The notes: generated by a model not told the origin, from the letters alone. A stretch of DNA of 64,000 bases from Thermodesulfobacteriota bacterium (GCA_964291405.2 OZ219926.1:3456001-3520000), one strand, 5' to 3'. Counted from the first letter of the stretch, positions 20,257 to 29,805 are shown. Translations and numbers: made by a program.

Positions 20257-21290
20257 TCGCTATACTTAGCGACCAAGCGCCTCGCATCAGCGATCAGAGC
20301 CTGTCCATCATACCCCATAGCGCTGACCTTCTCGATCCAGCTATCAACAACCGTCTGGGTCACCCTCTCCCAGCGCGCCCTCTCCACTTCGGAGAGCGAC
20401 AGAATCGGATCGTCTCGCTTGACCGCAATGGCGCGACCCGGCTTCTCGTCGTCCTTCCATATCCGTCCGAGTCGTTTGGACAATGCCATCCCCGTGCTGT
20501 CGTCGATTATGGCTCTGATATCCTGCGGGAGCTGATCGTAGCGCTGTTTGTTCATTGTCATCACGAACACGGCGCAGGAGAGGAAGACCTCAGTGTGGTA
20601 TTTCGTCACTTCGTGCAGGCGGAGGGGGCGCAGGATGGTCCAAGGCATCCAGGTTCCGTCGACCACGCCCAGGGACAGCGCTTCATAGACTTTGGGGGCC
20701 GGCATACCGACCGGGATGGCGCCGAGCGCCCTGAGCATAGCCGCGCTAGCCTGCGATGGGACGCGCATCTTCAACCCCTTGAGGTCCTCCAAGGTGCGAA
20801 CCTGTTTCCCGGTGGTGTGGAGGTGGCTGCGTGCGGTGGTATGAAAGACCAACGGTTGAGTGTCCTTATATTCGTCCCGCATCCACTTCCGATAGAACTC
20901 GGTCAATGCTTGGCTGGTCGCTACTGCGTCGCCGGCAACGGAAGGCAGTTCGAATATCTCCGTCAGCGGAAAACGCCCCGGCGAGTAGCCGGGCAGGGTC
21001 CAGACAATATCAACCACCCCGTCACGCGCTTGGCCATAGAGATCAGACGGCTTGCCGCCGAGCTGCATGGCCGGAAACACTTGGATCTCGACTCGATTCT
21101 CGGACCTCTCCTCAATTGCCTGAGCCCAGGGCTGTATGAACAACCGATAGGCGATCGCCTTAGGCGCGCTGAAAGTGTGCAGCCGAAGCGTGATCTGCTC
21201 CGCGTATACACTGCTCGAAGGCGTGCAGACTATGCCCGCGCAGAGCGCGGCAAATGTCGCCCATCCCGTGACCCCTCGGAGCATAGTCAT
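20253..21290 (-). CDS. dctP: TRAP transporter substrate-binding protein, convergent with dctQM
   Basis: Signal peptide, VFPAMQLGG, DGVVDIVWTLPGYSPGRFP, LEDLKGLKMR. Confidence 0.9.
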   Translation of the reverse strand: MTMLRGVTGWATFAALCAGIVCTPSSSVYAEQITLRLHTFSAPKAIAYRLFIQPWAQAIEERSENRVEIQVFPAMQLGGKPSDLYGQARDGVVDIVWTLPGYSPGRFPLTEIFELPSVAGDAVATSQALTEFYRKWMRDEYKDTQPLVFHTTARSHLHTTGKQVRTLEDLKGLKMRVPSQASAAMLRALGAIPVGMPAPKVYEALSLGVVDGTWMPWTILRPLRLHEVTKYHTEVFLSCAVFVMTMNKQRYDQLPQDIRAIIDDSTGMALSKRLGRIWKDDEKPGRAIAVKRDDPILSLSEVERARWERVTQTVVDSWIEKVSAMGYDGQALIADARRLVAKYSD

Positions 21291-21686
21291 CTGTTCCCTT
21301 TCTGATATTGACCTGAATGAATATCGGCTCTGTAGAGGATGTTCGTGAACTCTCCTGCCCACGCTTTGGCTGATCGCGGCTGTTTGAGCATGAGCTGCGT
21401 TATTGCGAGATACATAAAGGTCTCAGAGGTGACAGACAAGCGCAGTACGCCCTGGAGATATCGGCGTCCCCGAGTGACAAGCCGCCCCCGCGCATACGTG
21501 TTGTCCGCTCAGATCAACACCAACTGCCCGAAGCGATCGTTGAAAGGGCACAAACGCGGTGCTAGGCTCCTAGGCCATGCCATCGAGAGGAGATGTTCCT
21601 ATCGTTGCATTCCTCCGCACTAAGCCCAATATAACAACATCGGCCCGCAATGGCCGCCTCGTCCGCTGGAACATAAGGGGGCTGGT

Positions 21687-23435
21687 ATGAGTACCCACGC
21701 GTCCAAGCCTGGTTCCAGCATTCGCTACCAGCCCGACGAGAAACTTCCGGCGGCGCTTGCCCTCGGCCTCGCTCTGCAACTCGCCGCTCTCCTTTTGCCC
21801 GGTATCGTGCTGATTCCGACGACCATGTTCCAGGCCGTCGGCGCGACCGATGTCTTCCTGTTGTGGGCCGTATCTGCCTCCGTCATAGCCTGTGGTGTCA
21901 CCACGCTGCTGCAAGCGGTTCGGGTCGGCCCGGTCGGTGCAGGCTATATCCTGACGACAGGACCACCCGGAATCGCTATCGCGGTCAGCGCCATGGCGGT
22001 CGCCGCGGGCGGTCCGGCCTTGCTCGCCACCATGGTCTTCATCATGGCTCTCTTCCAGTTTGTGTTCTCCGCGCGTCTTTCGCTGTTCCGGCGGCTCCTG
22101 ACTCCGACCATCACGGGAACGGTGTTCATGCTGACGCCGGTTACGGTCATGCCGATTATCTTCAATCAGTTGAAGAACGTGCCGGACGGAACCCCGGCAT
22201 TGGCCGCTCCTCTGAGTGCTCTGGCGACCCTCCTCGTCGCTGTTGGCATCATGCTGAAGGCGACGGGGTCGCTGCGCCTCTGGGCGCCGGGCATCGGTAT
22301 TGCCGCCGGCTCAGCGATCGCCGGGGTTTTCGGTCTCTACGACATCGACCGCGTCGCTGAGGCTTCGTGGATTGGCCTCCCGAGGGCCGAATGGCCGGGC
22401 TTCGATCTCAACTTCGGGACGGCTTTCTGGGGGCTTCTTCCGGCGTTTCTGTTCATCGCCCTGCTCTGCACGGTCCAAACGATCAGCAGTGCCGTTTCCA
22501 TTCAGCGCCTATCCTGGCGTCAGCCCCGGGCGGTGGATTTCCGAGCGGTGCAAGGGGCGGTAGCCGCAGACGGCGTCGGCAATCTCCTGTCCGGCCTCGC
22601 GGGAACAATGCCGAACGGGTTCCGTCCGACGGGCGCGGCGATGGCTGAGCTGACCGGAATCAACTCCCCCAGTGTCGGAGTCGTCCTCGGGGCATTGCTC
22701 ATCACGCTCGCCTTCCTGCCGAAAGTGCTCGCCGTATTTCTGGCGATACCGAGCCCGGTTATCGCCGCTTTTATTACCATAACGATGGCAACGATTTTCA
22801 TCCTGGGTATAAAGGTCGTCGTTCAGGATGGGCTCGACTATCGCAGGGGCTTAATCGTCGGCGTCGCGTTCTGGCTTGGAGTCGGCTTTCAGAATGGCGT
22901 GATATTTCCCGAGTATGTATTGGAGTTCGCGGGAGGTCTGCTGCGGAACGGGATGATAGCCGGCGGCCTCGTCGCCATTGTCGTGACCCTCTTCGTGGAG
23001 CTGACGAAGCCGCGCCGCAGTCGGCTTGAGGTGGAGTTCGGCCTCTCGGCCCTGCAGAAGATCAGAGATTTTCTCGGCGTATTCGCGTCCCGCAACGGTT
23101 GGGACACAACCATGGCGGACCGCCTCGACGCCGTCGGCGAGGAGGCGTTGCTGACGCTCCTCGGGCAAGATGAAGCTGAAGAAGAGCGTCAGCGGCGGCG
23201 CTTGCTCCTGGTTGCGCATAAAGAAGACGGTGCGGCGATCCTCGAATTCGTCGCCTCGATGGGCGATGAGAACCTTCAGGATCAGATCGCGTTGCTCAGC
23301 GAGCAGCCCGCCGAAGATTTGATCGAGCGGGAAGTCTCACTTCGGCTATTGCGGCACCTCGCGTCCTCGGTTCGTCATCAACAATACCATGACGTTGACA
23401 TCGTGACCGTTCGTGTGGCAAGTCCAGACGGGTAG
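21687..23435 (+). CDS. NCS2 (xanthine/uracil) permease with ~140-aa soluble C-terminal extension
   Basis: IRYQPDEKLP..LALQ N-terminus, AVAADGVGNLLSGLAG, FLPKVLAVFLAIPSPV. Confidence 0.85.
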   Translation: MSTHASKPGSSIRYQPDEKLPAALALGLALQLAALLLPGIVLIPTTMFQAVGATDVFLLWAVSASVIACGVTTLLQAVRVGPVGAGYILTTGPPGIAIAVSAMAVAAGGPALLATMVFIMALFQFVFSARLSLFRRLLTPTITGTVFMLTPVTVMPIIFNQLKNVPDGTPALAAPLSALATLLVAVGIMLKATGSLRLWAPGIGIAAGSAIAGVFGLYDIDRVAEASWIGLPRAEWPGFDLNFGTAFWGLLPAFLFIALLCTVQTISSAVSIQRLSWRQPRAVDFRAVQGAVAADGVGNLLSGLAGTMPNGFRPTGAAMAELTGINSPSVGVVLGALLITLAFLPKVLAVFLAIPSPVIAAFITITMATIFILGIKVVVQDGLDYRRGLIVGVAFWLGVGFQNGVIFPEYVLEFAGGLLRNGMIAGGLVAIVVTLFVELTKPRRSRLEVEFGLSALQKIRDFLGVFASRNGWDTTMADRLDAVGEEALLTLLGQDEAEEERQRRRLLLVAHKEDGAAILEFVASMGDENLQDQIALLSEQPAEDLIEREVSLRLLRHLASSVRHQQYHDVDIVTVRVASPDG

Positions 23436-23468
23436 ACGTGAGGCGACCACGACTTCACCAATTTCTCA

Positions 23469-23786
23469 ATGAAGGAGGATACGTTGATGTATTTCGTGAT
23501 TTTCATAACCGACAAACCAGGTGCGGAACAGACGCGGATTGATATGATGGACACCATTCGTACCTATCTGCATGATCACCCTGATCATCCCAGCGTCAGC
23601 CTTCATCACGCCGGCCCGACGCTGGCCGAGAACGGAGAGACCATAAACGGCTCTCTCCTGGTGGTCGAAGCGCCTTCGCTTGAGGCGGTGCGGGCTTTTG
23701 TTGCGGACCATCCTCTCAACAAGGCGGGTCGCCTCGCCGAATGTCAGGTGCGTCAGTGGGACTGGCGGACGGGCTGCCCCACCTAG
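23469..23786 (+). CDS. YciI-family protein
   Basis: FVIFITDKPG, AGPTL..NGSLLVVEA, ADHPLNKAG. Confidence 0.8.
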   Translation: MKEDTLMYFVIFITDKPGAEQTRIDMMDTIRTYLHDHPDHPSVSLHHAGPTLAENGETINGSLLVVEAPSLEAVRAFVADHPLNKAGRLAECQVRQWDWRTGCPT

Positions 23787-23931
23787 GGTCCGGTCATAAC
23801 CAACGCTCCGGGCGGTACTCCGCCGCCCTCCTCAATTCGGCCCTTCTTCTGTAGTGCTGACTTGGAACTGGTGGCTGCAACTACGTCATCCGCCGGTCAG
23901 TATGACTTCCACCGGAGATACGGGGGAATGT

Positions 23932-25263
23932 GTGGAGATCAAAGACCTGATTATCGATGACCGTGAGAGAGGAATTTTCAGGGTCCACAGGTCGACCATG
24001 ACCTCCAGAGATTTGTTTCGGCGGGAACAGGCACGTATCTTCAACCGCTGCTGGATATATCTGGGACACGAGTCGGAAGTGGAAAACCCCGGAGACTACC
24101 GGCGCCGCACAGTAGCGGGCCGCCCGCTTTTCTTTATCCGTGGGAAAGACGGTCAGGTCCGGGTGTTCCTCAATTCCTGTCCCCACCGGGGTGCGTTGAT
24201 CTGCCGCCGCGACGAGGGAAACGCCGAAGTCCTGCGATGCTTCTATCACGCCTGGTCTTTCAACACCTCCGGGGAGTTGATCGGCCTCCCCGGGGAAGAC
24301 GCCTACGGCCCTTCCTTCGACCGGAGCGAACTGAGCCTGAAGGAACCACCGAGGGTCGACAGCTACCGGGGTTTTTACTTCGTGAGTTTCAACCCCGCTG
24401 TCGAAGACCTGCTCTCCTACTTGGCAGGAGCCAGAGACTACCTTGACCTGATCGTGGATCAGGCCGAGGCAGGGATGCAGGTAGTTTCCGGTTCCAACAT
24501 GTACACGATAAAGGCCAACTGGAAGCTCCTGGCCGAAAACAGCCTGGATGGATATCACCTGATCCCGACCCATCGGACTTACGTGGATTATATCGCCGGT
24601 CTGGGGACAGACGACAGCGGGGACACGATGGCGGCCCGCCCCCCCGGCGTAGCGAGAGCCTTGGGCAACGGCCATTGTGTGTCGGAGAACATCGCCCGGA
24701 GCGGCCGCCCCATCGCCCACTGGCACCCCTTATTCGGCGAAGAGGCGCGGGAACCGCTGGCGCGAGTCCGCCGGCGGTTGGTGGGAAAATACGGAGAAGA
24801 GCGCGCCTACCGGATGGCCGATACCTCTCGCAATCTGCTCATCTATCCCAACCTGATCATCCTGGACTTCGTGGCCATCACCATCAGGTATATCGAACCC
24901 CTGGCACCCGACAGCATGGAAGTCACGGCATGGCACTTGGCCCCCAGGGAGGAATCAGGCGCCAGGCTGGTCACCCGACTCGACAGTTTCCTGACGTTCC
25001 TCGGACCGGGCGGCTTTGCCACCCCGGATGATGTGGAAGCCTTGGAATCGTGTCAGACCGGCTTTCGTGCCACCGAAACCGAGTGGTCCGACCTCTCCAG
25101 GGGCATGCTCAAGCCCACCCCGGGAACGGCGGATGAGCTCCAGATGCGAGGATTCTGGCGACAATGGCACGCTCATATGCAAGGTCTGAGCAAGACCGAC
25201 GTACAGGACGGGCTCCCCACCGTCAGGGAAGCCGCGGTGGCTTCCGGATCAGGGGAACGATGA
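23932..25263 (+). CDS. Aromatic ring-hydroxylating dioxygenase alpha subunit (benzoate/p-cumate-like)
   Basis: CPHR...CFYH, NWKLLAENSLDGYHLIPTH, FLGPGGFATPDD; start (GTG) uncertain. Confidence 0.9.
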   Translation: MEIKDLIIDDRERGIFRVHRSTMTSRDLFRREQARIFNRCWIYLGHESEVENPGDYRRRTVAGRPLFFIRGKDGQVRVFLNSCPHRGALICRRDEGNAEVLRCFYHAWSFNTSGELIGLPGEDAYGPSFDRSELSLKEPPRVDSYRGFYFVSFNPAVEDLLSYLAGARDYLDLIVDQAEAGMQVVSGSNMYTIKANWKLLAENSLDGYHLIPTHRTYVDYIAGLGTDDSGDTMAARPPGVARALGNGHCVSENIARSGRPIAHWHPLFGEEAREPLARVRRRLVGKYGEERAYRMADTSRNLLIYPNLIILDFVAITIRYIEPLAPDSMEVTAWHLAPREESGARLVTRLDSFLTFLGPGGFATPDDVEALESCQTGFRATETEWSDLSRGMLKPTPGTADELQMRGFWRQWHAHMQGLSKTDVQDGLPTVREAAVASGSGER

Positions 25264-25754
25264 TGGCCGCTCACCCGCCGACATTGCGCGAACTGGTAGA
25301 GGATTTCCTGTTTCAGGAAGCCGCGATGCTGGATGAATGGCGCCTGGACGACTGGGTCAAGCTTTTTACCGAAGACGCCCGGTACGTGGTCCCCACCACT
25401 GATTTGCCGGAAGGGGACCCCAAACGCGACCTGGTGTTCATCAATGACGACATCACCCGGTTGCACGCCCGGGTGGCGCGGTTAACCAGCCGTCATGCGC
25501 ACCGCGAGTATCCGTGGTCGCGGACCCGCCGGTTTGTTTCCAACGTGCGGGTTGAAGAAAGCAACGATGCCGAGCTGTCGGTCACGGCAAACGTCCTGGT
25601 TTACCGGTTTCGGAGCGGGGAGGGAGCGCCTTACGTTGGCAGCATTGACTATGTCCTGCGGCGGGATGGCGGAGACTTGAGAATAGCCTATCGGCGTGCA
25701 GTGCTGGACTTGGAAGCGCTCTCGTGGCACGGGGCGGTCAGCATCATCTTTTGA
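25260..25754 (+). CDS. Aromatic ring-hydroxylating dioxygenase beta subunit
   Basis: EDFLFQEAAMLDEWRLDDW, EYPWSRTRRFVSNV; ATGA overlap with alpha stop. Confidence 0.9.
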   Translation: MMAAHPPTLRELVEDFLFQEAAMLDEWRLDDWVKLFTEDARYVVPTTDLPEGDPKRDLVFINDDITRLHARVARLTSRHAHREYPWSRTRRFVSNVRVEESNDAELSVTANVLVYRFRSGEGAPYVGSIDYVLRRDGGDLRIAYRRAVLDLEALSWHGAVSIIF

Positions 25755-25860
25755 ACCCCGGGGCAATGTGATTCGTCGAAGCCTACGGGGCCATCAGGAT
25801 GAAGGTTGAATACATAAAAGCAACAAGTATACAATGCACTCAACCCATAGGAGGTGACTC

Positions 25861-26058
25861 ATGGAAGACCCGAAGGTAGGCAAGCTCCGCGAGAAGTTGG
25901 GGCTCTCTGCCAAGGACCAGCAGGAGACGGCAGGTAAGGCGATCAGCCCCAATCTGCGGAAGAAGATCTCCACCGATCCGAAACCAGGGGGGAATTTCCT
26001 TTCCGCGACCACCGATCCGAAATCAGGGGGGAATTTCCTTTCCGCGATTGGCTCGTGA
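25861..26058 (+). CDS. Putative RiPP precursor peptide with two tandem GG-NFLSA cores
   Basis: TAGGAGGT SD 5 nt upstream; charged leader; TDPKPGGNFLSA-T-TDPKSGGNFLSA-IGS; co-oriented with rSAM/SPASM gene. Confidence 0.8.
   Translation: MEDPKVGKLREKLGLSAKDQQETAGKAISPNLRKKISTDPKPGGNFLSATTDPKSGGNFLSAIGS
25970..26047 (+). repeat. In-frame 39-bp tandem duplication encoding the repeated core
   Basis: CCACCGATCCGAAA(C/T)CAGGGGGGAATTTCCTTTCCGCGA x2, single mismatch. Confidence 0.95.
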
Positions 26059-26450
26059 CCGATACGGCGATGCCGCTAAGCAGTCCACGTTAAGCGCGTC
26101 ATCGCCCCCTCCCCGAAGGCGGGCAGCTCTGAGAAGAGCTGCCCCGTGTTGTGACGGGCCGTTATCTCGATTACGGCGTGGGGTGGTCGGTCGGAGTCAT
26201 GACCCAAACATCCGCACTTGTCCCATCGCCTGGAACCGATTAACCTACACTTCCAACGAAGCGCGGTTACTTCCTGGAGACGGACGCCGGCAAGCTGGAG
26301 TACTGTCACGTCGCCGGGGGAGGCCATTGGCTAATCTCAATCGACAAGCGTCGACGACCAGACTATCTCGGCAAAGAGGTCGTTCAAGCACGCCAGCAAC
26401 GTAATGCGAGTTCGACTCTACCAAGGCCAACCATAATACGGGTAACGAGC

Positions 26451-27626
26451 ATGCTTACCGCCACTGACAGAAGAGCAGTGAGTTTCCGCAAGCTCCGAAC
26501 GCTGGAAGTCGTATTGAAGGTCACCGAACGGTGTAACCTGGATTGCGACTATTGCTATTTCTTCAACGCGGGGGACGACAGCTACAAGAATCATGCGGCG
26601 TTTATTTCCAAGGACACGGTCGCGCTGCTCGTGCGGCGGCTTACGGAATTCTCCAAAGAGCGCAAACTTGAACGAATAGCGATTCACCTACATGGCGGCG
26701 AGCCTCTACTCATGTCAAAAGCCCAACTGGACAGCATCTGCGATGAGATTCGATCAAATCTGGCACCTGTTGTCGATCTGTCGATTACCATCCAGACCAA
26801 CGGAATGTTGATTGACCTTGAGTGGATAGAGATTTTTAACAGACACGGCGTCGCGGTGGGTATCAGCCTTGACGGGACGCAGGAGGACAACGACGCCCAT
26901 CGACTCGATCATCGTGGCAGGTCCTCATATCAGGCGACCGTTCGCGGTCTGGAGCTGTGCCAGCGACACCTGAGTCAGCCGCCCGGCGTCTTGGCCGTGA
27001 TTGCCGAGAACTCCGACCCTAAGGCAATCTACGAACACTTCCGACACGGTCTTGGCCTCGGGCGCCTCGACTTTCTCCTCCCCGACCTGAATCACGACAA
27101 CTTCGACGGCGACGCAGAGGCATATGGTGAATTCCTGATCCAGATCTTCGACATGATGGTGAATGACGAGGAGCCCGTCAGTGTCAGAATCATCGATCAT
27201 TTTCTCGCGAGCATCTACGGATACGGAAACTTCCTCTTCGGTGCCGGGCGTGGTGACCCCGAATATCTGCTCATCACCGTTTCGTCCGATGGCGGAGTCG
27301 GGCCTGACGACACCCTGAGATCCACGAAGTTTTGGAGTGGATATGAATACAGGGACTTAAGGAGTTACCGCATTGAGGAGATAATCCACGATCCGTTGTT
27401 TCAAGAATTTGAGCTTGCCAAGAAGACGACCGCATCCGCATGTTCAGGTTGCTGTTGGCGTAATATCTGTGGCAGTGGCCAGCCGGTCCACCGGTATGCG
27501 ACGCGCAATGGATTCGACAACCCGACCGTCTATTGCAAGGGACTGGATGGGTTCTACACCCATGTTTTGAGGTATTTGGCCTTACACGGAGAGCCTTTGG
27601 AGAAGATCAGTGCAAACTTGGTCTGA
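26451..27626 (+). CDS. Radical SAM/SPASM peptide maturase, cyclophane-forming XyeB/FxsB-like
   Basis: LKVTERCNLDCDYCYFF, HGGEPLL, QTNG, GISLDG, DFLLPDLNHD, SSDGGVGPDDTL, CSGCCWRNICGSGQPVHRY..FDNPTVYC. Confidence 0.88.
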   Translation: MLTATDRRAVSFRKLRTLEVVLKVTERCNLDCDYCYFFNAGDDSYKNHAAFISKDTVALLVRRLTEFSKERKLERIAIHLHGGEPLLMSKAQLDSICDEIRSNLAPVVDLSITIQTNGMLIDLEWIEIFNRHGVAVGISLDGTQEDNDAHRLDHRGRSSYQATVRGLELCQRHLSQPPGVLAVIAENSDPKAIYEHFRHGLGLGRLDFLLPDLNHDNFDGDAEAYGEFLIQIFDMMVNDEEPVSVRIIDHFLASIYGYGNFLFGAGRGDPEYLLITVSSDGGVGPDDTLRSTKFWSGYEYRDLRSYRIEEIIHDPLFQEFELAKKTTASACSGCCWRNICGSGQPVHRYATRNGFDNPTVYCKGLDGFYTHVLRYLALHGEPLEKISANLV

Positions 27627-27667
27627 GACGACCGTAATGCGTCGTGGTTGGAAACGCGCATCGACAG

Positions 27668-29023
27668 TCAGGTCTGAGGTCCCTGATCGGTTGGCGGCGC
27701 GCCTTGTTGGCAGATACGCCCGAACACGGGCCAGGCCAGCGCCAGCCCGATCAGTCCGAATTCCAGCAGACGGGCCCAGAGCGGCTGCTGATAGGCTTGC
27801 AACTCGTAGTCGTTCACATTGAGCCCGGTAATATAAGAGATGAGGACGGCCATGGAGGCCGTCCAGGTCCATACGCTGGGAAAGATCGCCGCAAAGGGCA
27901 GCAGCCAGAGCAGATACCACGGATTGATGACCGGAGACGCCGCCAGCAGCACCCCGTAGACCCAGTCGCCGCGCGGAACGGACCGCCCCGCGTCCCGGCA
28001 ATACTGCCAGTAGTACCAGCCACAGAACAGGGCGCAGGCCAGTCCCAAAACGAGCTTGGCCTCAAAGGCCGGCAGCACCAGCGTCAACAGCCCAAAGGCC
28101 GCGGAGTTGAACTCCCACTCTCGGGCGAAGACCAGCAGCGAGTGCAGGTCCGTGCCGCCACCCAGGGCGAACGGCGCGTATAGGGCCGTCAGCGTAGCGC
28201 CGAACAGGACCCAGTGCCGGATTGAGGCGCCGACCAGCACGAACGGCACCAGCACCAGAGCGAATATCTTGGCCCCGCAGGCCAGACCCAGACACACCGC
28301 TGTGCTCTGCCAGCGGTAGTTCCGGGCCAGGACAAGCGCGGCCAGCAGCAGGCCGACGCCGATGCCGTCCGGGTGAGCGGTAAAGGCAATTTCTTTGACC
28401 ACTAGCGGACACCAGGCGTAGAGCATGACGTTCCGCGCCGGCGCCAGGCGTAGCAGCAGGACCACAGTGGCAAGGTCAATGCTAATCAGCAGAACCTGCA
28501 AGGCCGCGATGCTGCCCGGTCGCAGCCAGTAGCCGAGCAGGAAAACGAACTGTGTCGTCGGAGCGTAGATGGTCGGCAACTCGGGATGGTTGATCCCATC
28601 CAGCACGCTGTGAAACGTGGAGGGAACGGTAGGGTCGGTGAAAAACGCTTCCGGGACGGCGGCGTAGGGCGTACCGGCGGTGGCAAAACGATAACCGTCC
28701 CACAGGTAGCGATAGAAGTCGTCTTCAAACAGTGGCCCGCCGACCAGCCCGCAGATTCTGAAGGCTACGGCCCAGAAGAGCAGGCAGTCGAGCGGGAACG
28801 GTTCGTCACGCCGGTGACAGTACAGGAAGAGGCCGAATACCGGCAGGCCGGTCCAGGCCATCAGGATGAAGAAGGCGACCAGGTCGGGTTCACCAAGGGG
28901 ACGTGCCAAAAAGGCGAGGGCGGCGTAGCCCAGGGTACAGCCAAGACCGACCGCGTCCACCAGCCGACGCGTCTCCACGCTCGGTTGCCCACGCGCGTTT
29001 GCGCCGGCTATCGTCTCAAGCAT
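27668..29023 (-). CDS. Membrane glycosyltransferase (GT-C, GT87/DUF2029-like)
   Basis: EDDFYRYLWDG, INHPELPTIYAP, YAWCPLVVKE, SPVINPWYLLW. Confidence 0.8.
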   Translation of the reverse strand: MLETIAGANARGQPSVETRRLVDAVGLGCTLGYAALAFLARPLGEPDLVAFFILMAWTGLPVFGLFLYCHRRDEPFPLDCLLFWAVAFRICGLVGGPLFEDDFYRYLWDGYRFATAGTPYAAVPEAFFTDPTVPSTFHSVLDGINHPELPTIYAPTTQFVFLLGYWLRPGSIAALQVLLISIDLATVVLLLRLAPARNVMLYAWCPLVVKEIAFTAHPDGIGVGLLLAALVLARNYRWQSTAVCLGLACGAKIFALVLVPFVLVGASIRHWVLFGATLTALYAPFALGGGTDLHSLLVFAREWEFNSAAFGLLTLVLPAFEAKLVLGLACALFCGWYYWQYCRDAGRSVPRGDWVYGVLLAASPVINPWYLLWLLPFAAIFPSVWTWTASMAVLISYITGLNVNDYELQAYQQPLWARLLEFGLIGLALAWPVFGRICQQGAPPTDQGPQT

Positions 29024-29054
29024 ATCCCGCCCGGCACGACAGGTCGTTACCTGC

Positions 29055-29726
29055 TCATGACCCGTCTCGTTTCTGTCCCCAGGTATCCCAATGGGTCAGT
29101 TCGGTAGCCGGAATACGCCGGGCCGCCTTGAAATCCGTGCCTGTATAATAGGCCACGGGCAAGAGCACGCCTTGTGTCACCGAGTCCGGAATATTGAGCA
29201 GCTTGGCCGCTTCGTCGGCGTGTTTGAGATGCACGGTGGTCCAACAGCAGCCCAGGCCCCGCGCACGGGCGGCCAGCATAAATGACCAGGCCGCCGGCAG
29301 AATGGAGCCGTAGGCCGTAGCCTGATCAAAAAGCGGTACGTCGCGGACCTGATCCTCGATGCAGAACAGCACATGGACCGGAACCTCATGCAGATGATCG
29401 ACCAGATAGACGGCGGAGTCGATCATGCGCTGGGTTTCGGTTGATGCGGGTCCTGTGGTCCCATACGTCGCGTCGTCGGCCTGCTCCCAGTAGGACTCAA
29501 ACGCCTGTTTGTAGAGTCGCGCGATGCCAGCCCGTTTTTCGGCGTCGTGAATCACCACAAAGCGCCATTTCTGGGTATTAGTGGCTGAGGGGCTCTGCAC
29601 CGCCACTTCCAGACATTCTTCGATCAATGCCGGTGGGACCGGACGGGTCAGATCGAGGCGCTTCCGTATGGAGCGTGTGGTGGTTAAGAGCGTGTCACAT
29701 GTACTCAGGTCCAAATCCGTATTCAT
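29055..29726 (-). CDS. Nitroreductase family protein
   Basis: TTRSIRKRLD, SPSATNTQKWRFVV, FMLAARARGLGCCWT. Confidence 0.9.
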   Translation of the reverse strand: MNTDLDLSTCDTLLTTTRSIRKRLDLTRPVPPALIEECLEVAVQSPSATNTQKWRFVVIHDAEKRAGIARLYKQAFESYWEQADDATYGTTGPASTETQRMIDSAVYLVDHLHEVPVHVLFCIEDQVRDVPLFDQATAYGSILPAAWSFMLAARARGLGCCWTTVHLKHADEAAKLLNIPDSVTQGVLLPVAYYTGTDFKAARRIPATELTHWDTWGQKRDGS

Positions 29727-29805
29727 AGCTCACCTCTGTCAGAAAAAATCACAAAGCGCGGGTGAGAACAACTCGCACGCCTGCTGTAATGACGTGCCAA
29801 TGGTG

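Noticed and set aside
21300-21686. Purine riboswitch upstream of the NCS2 permease
   Set aside because: No recognisable aptamer consensus seen by eye; an Rfam scan would be needed.
27668-29726. Glycosyltransferase and nitroreductase as tailoring enzymes of the RiPP
   Set aside because: Opposite strand, host-like composition, and the GT is a membrane GT-C type; only proximity links them. The same applies to the upstream dioxygenase pair.
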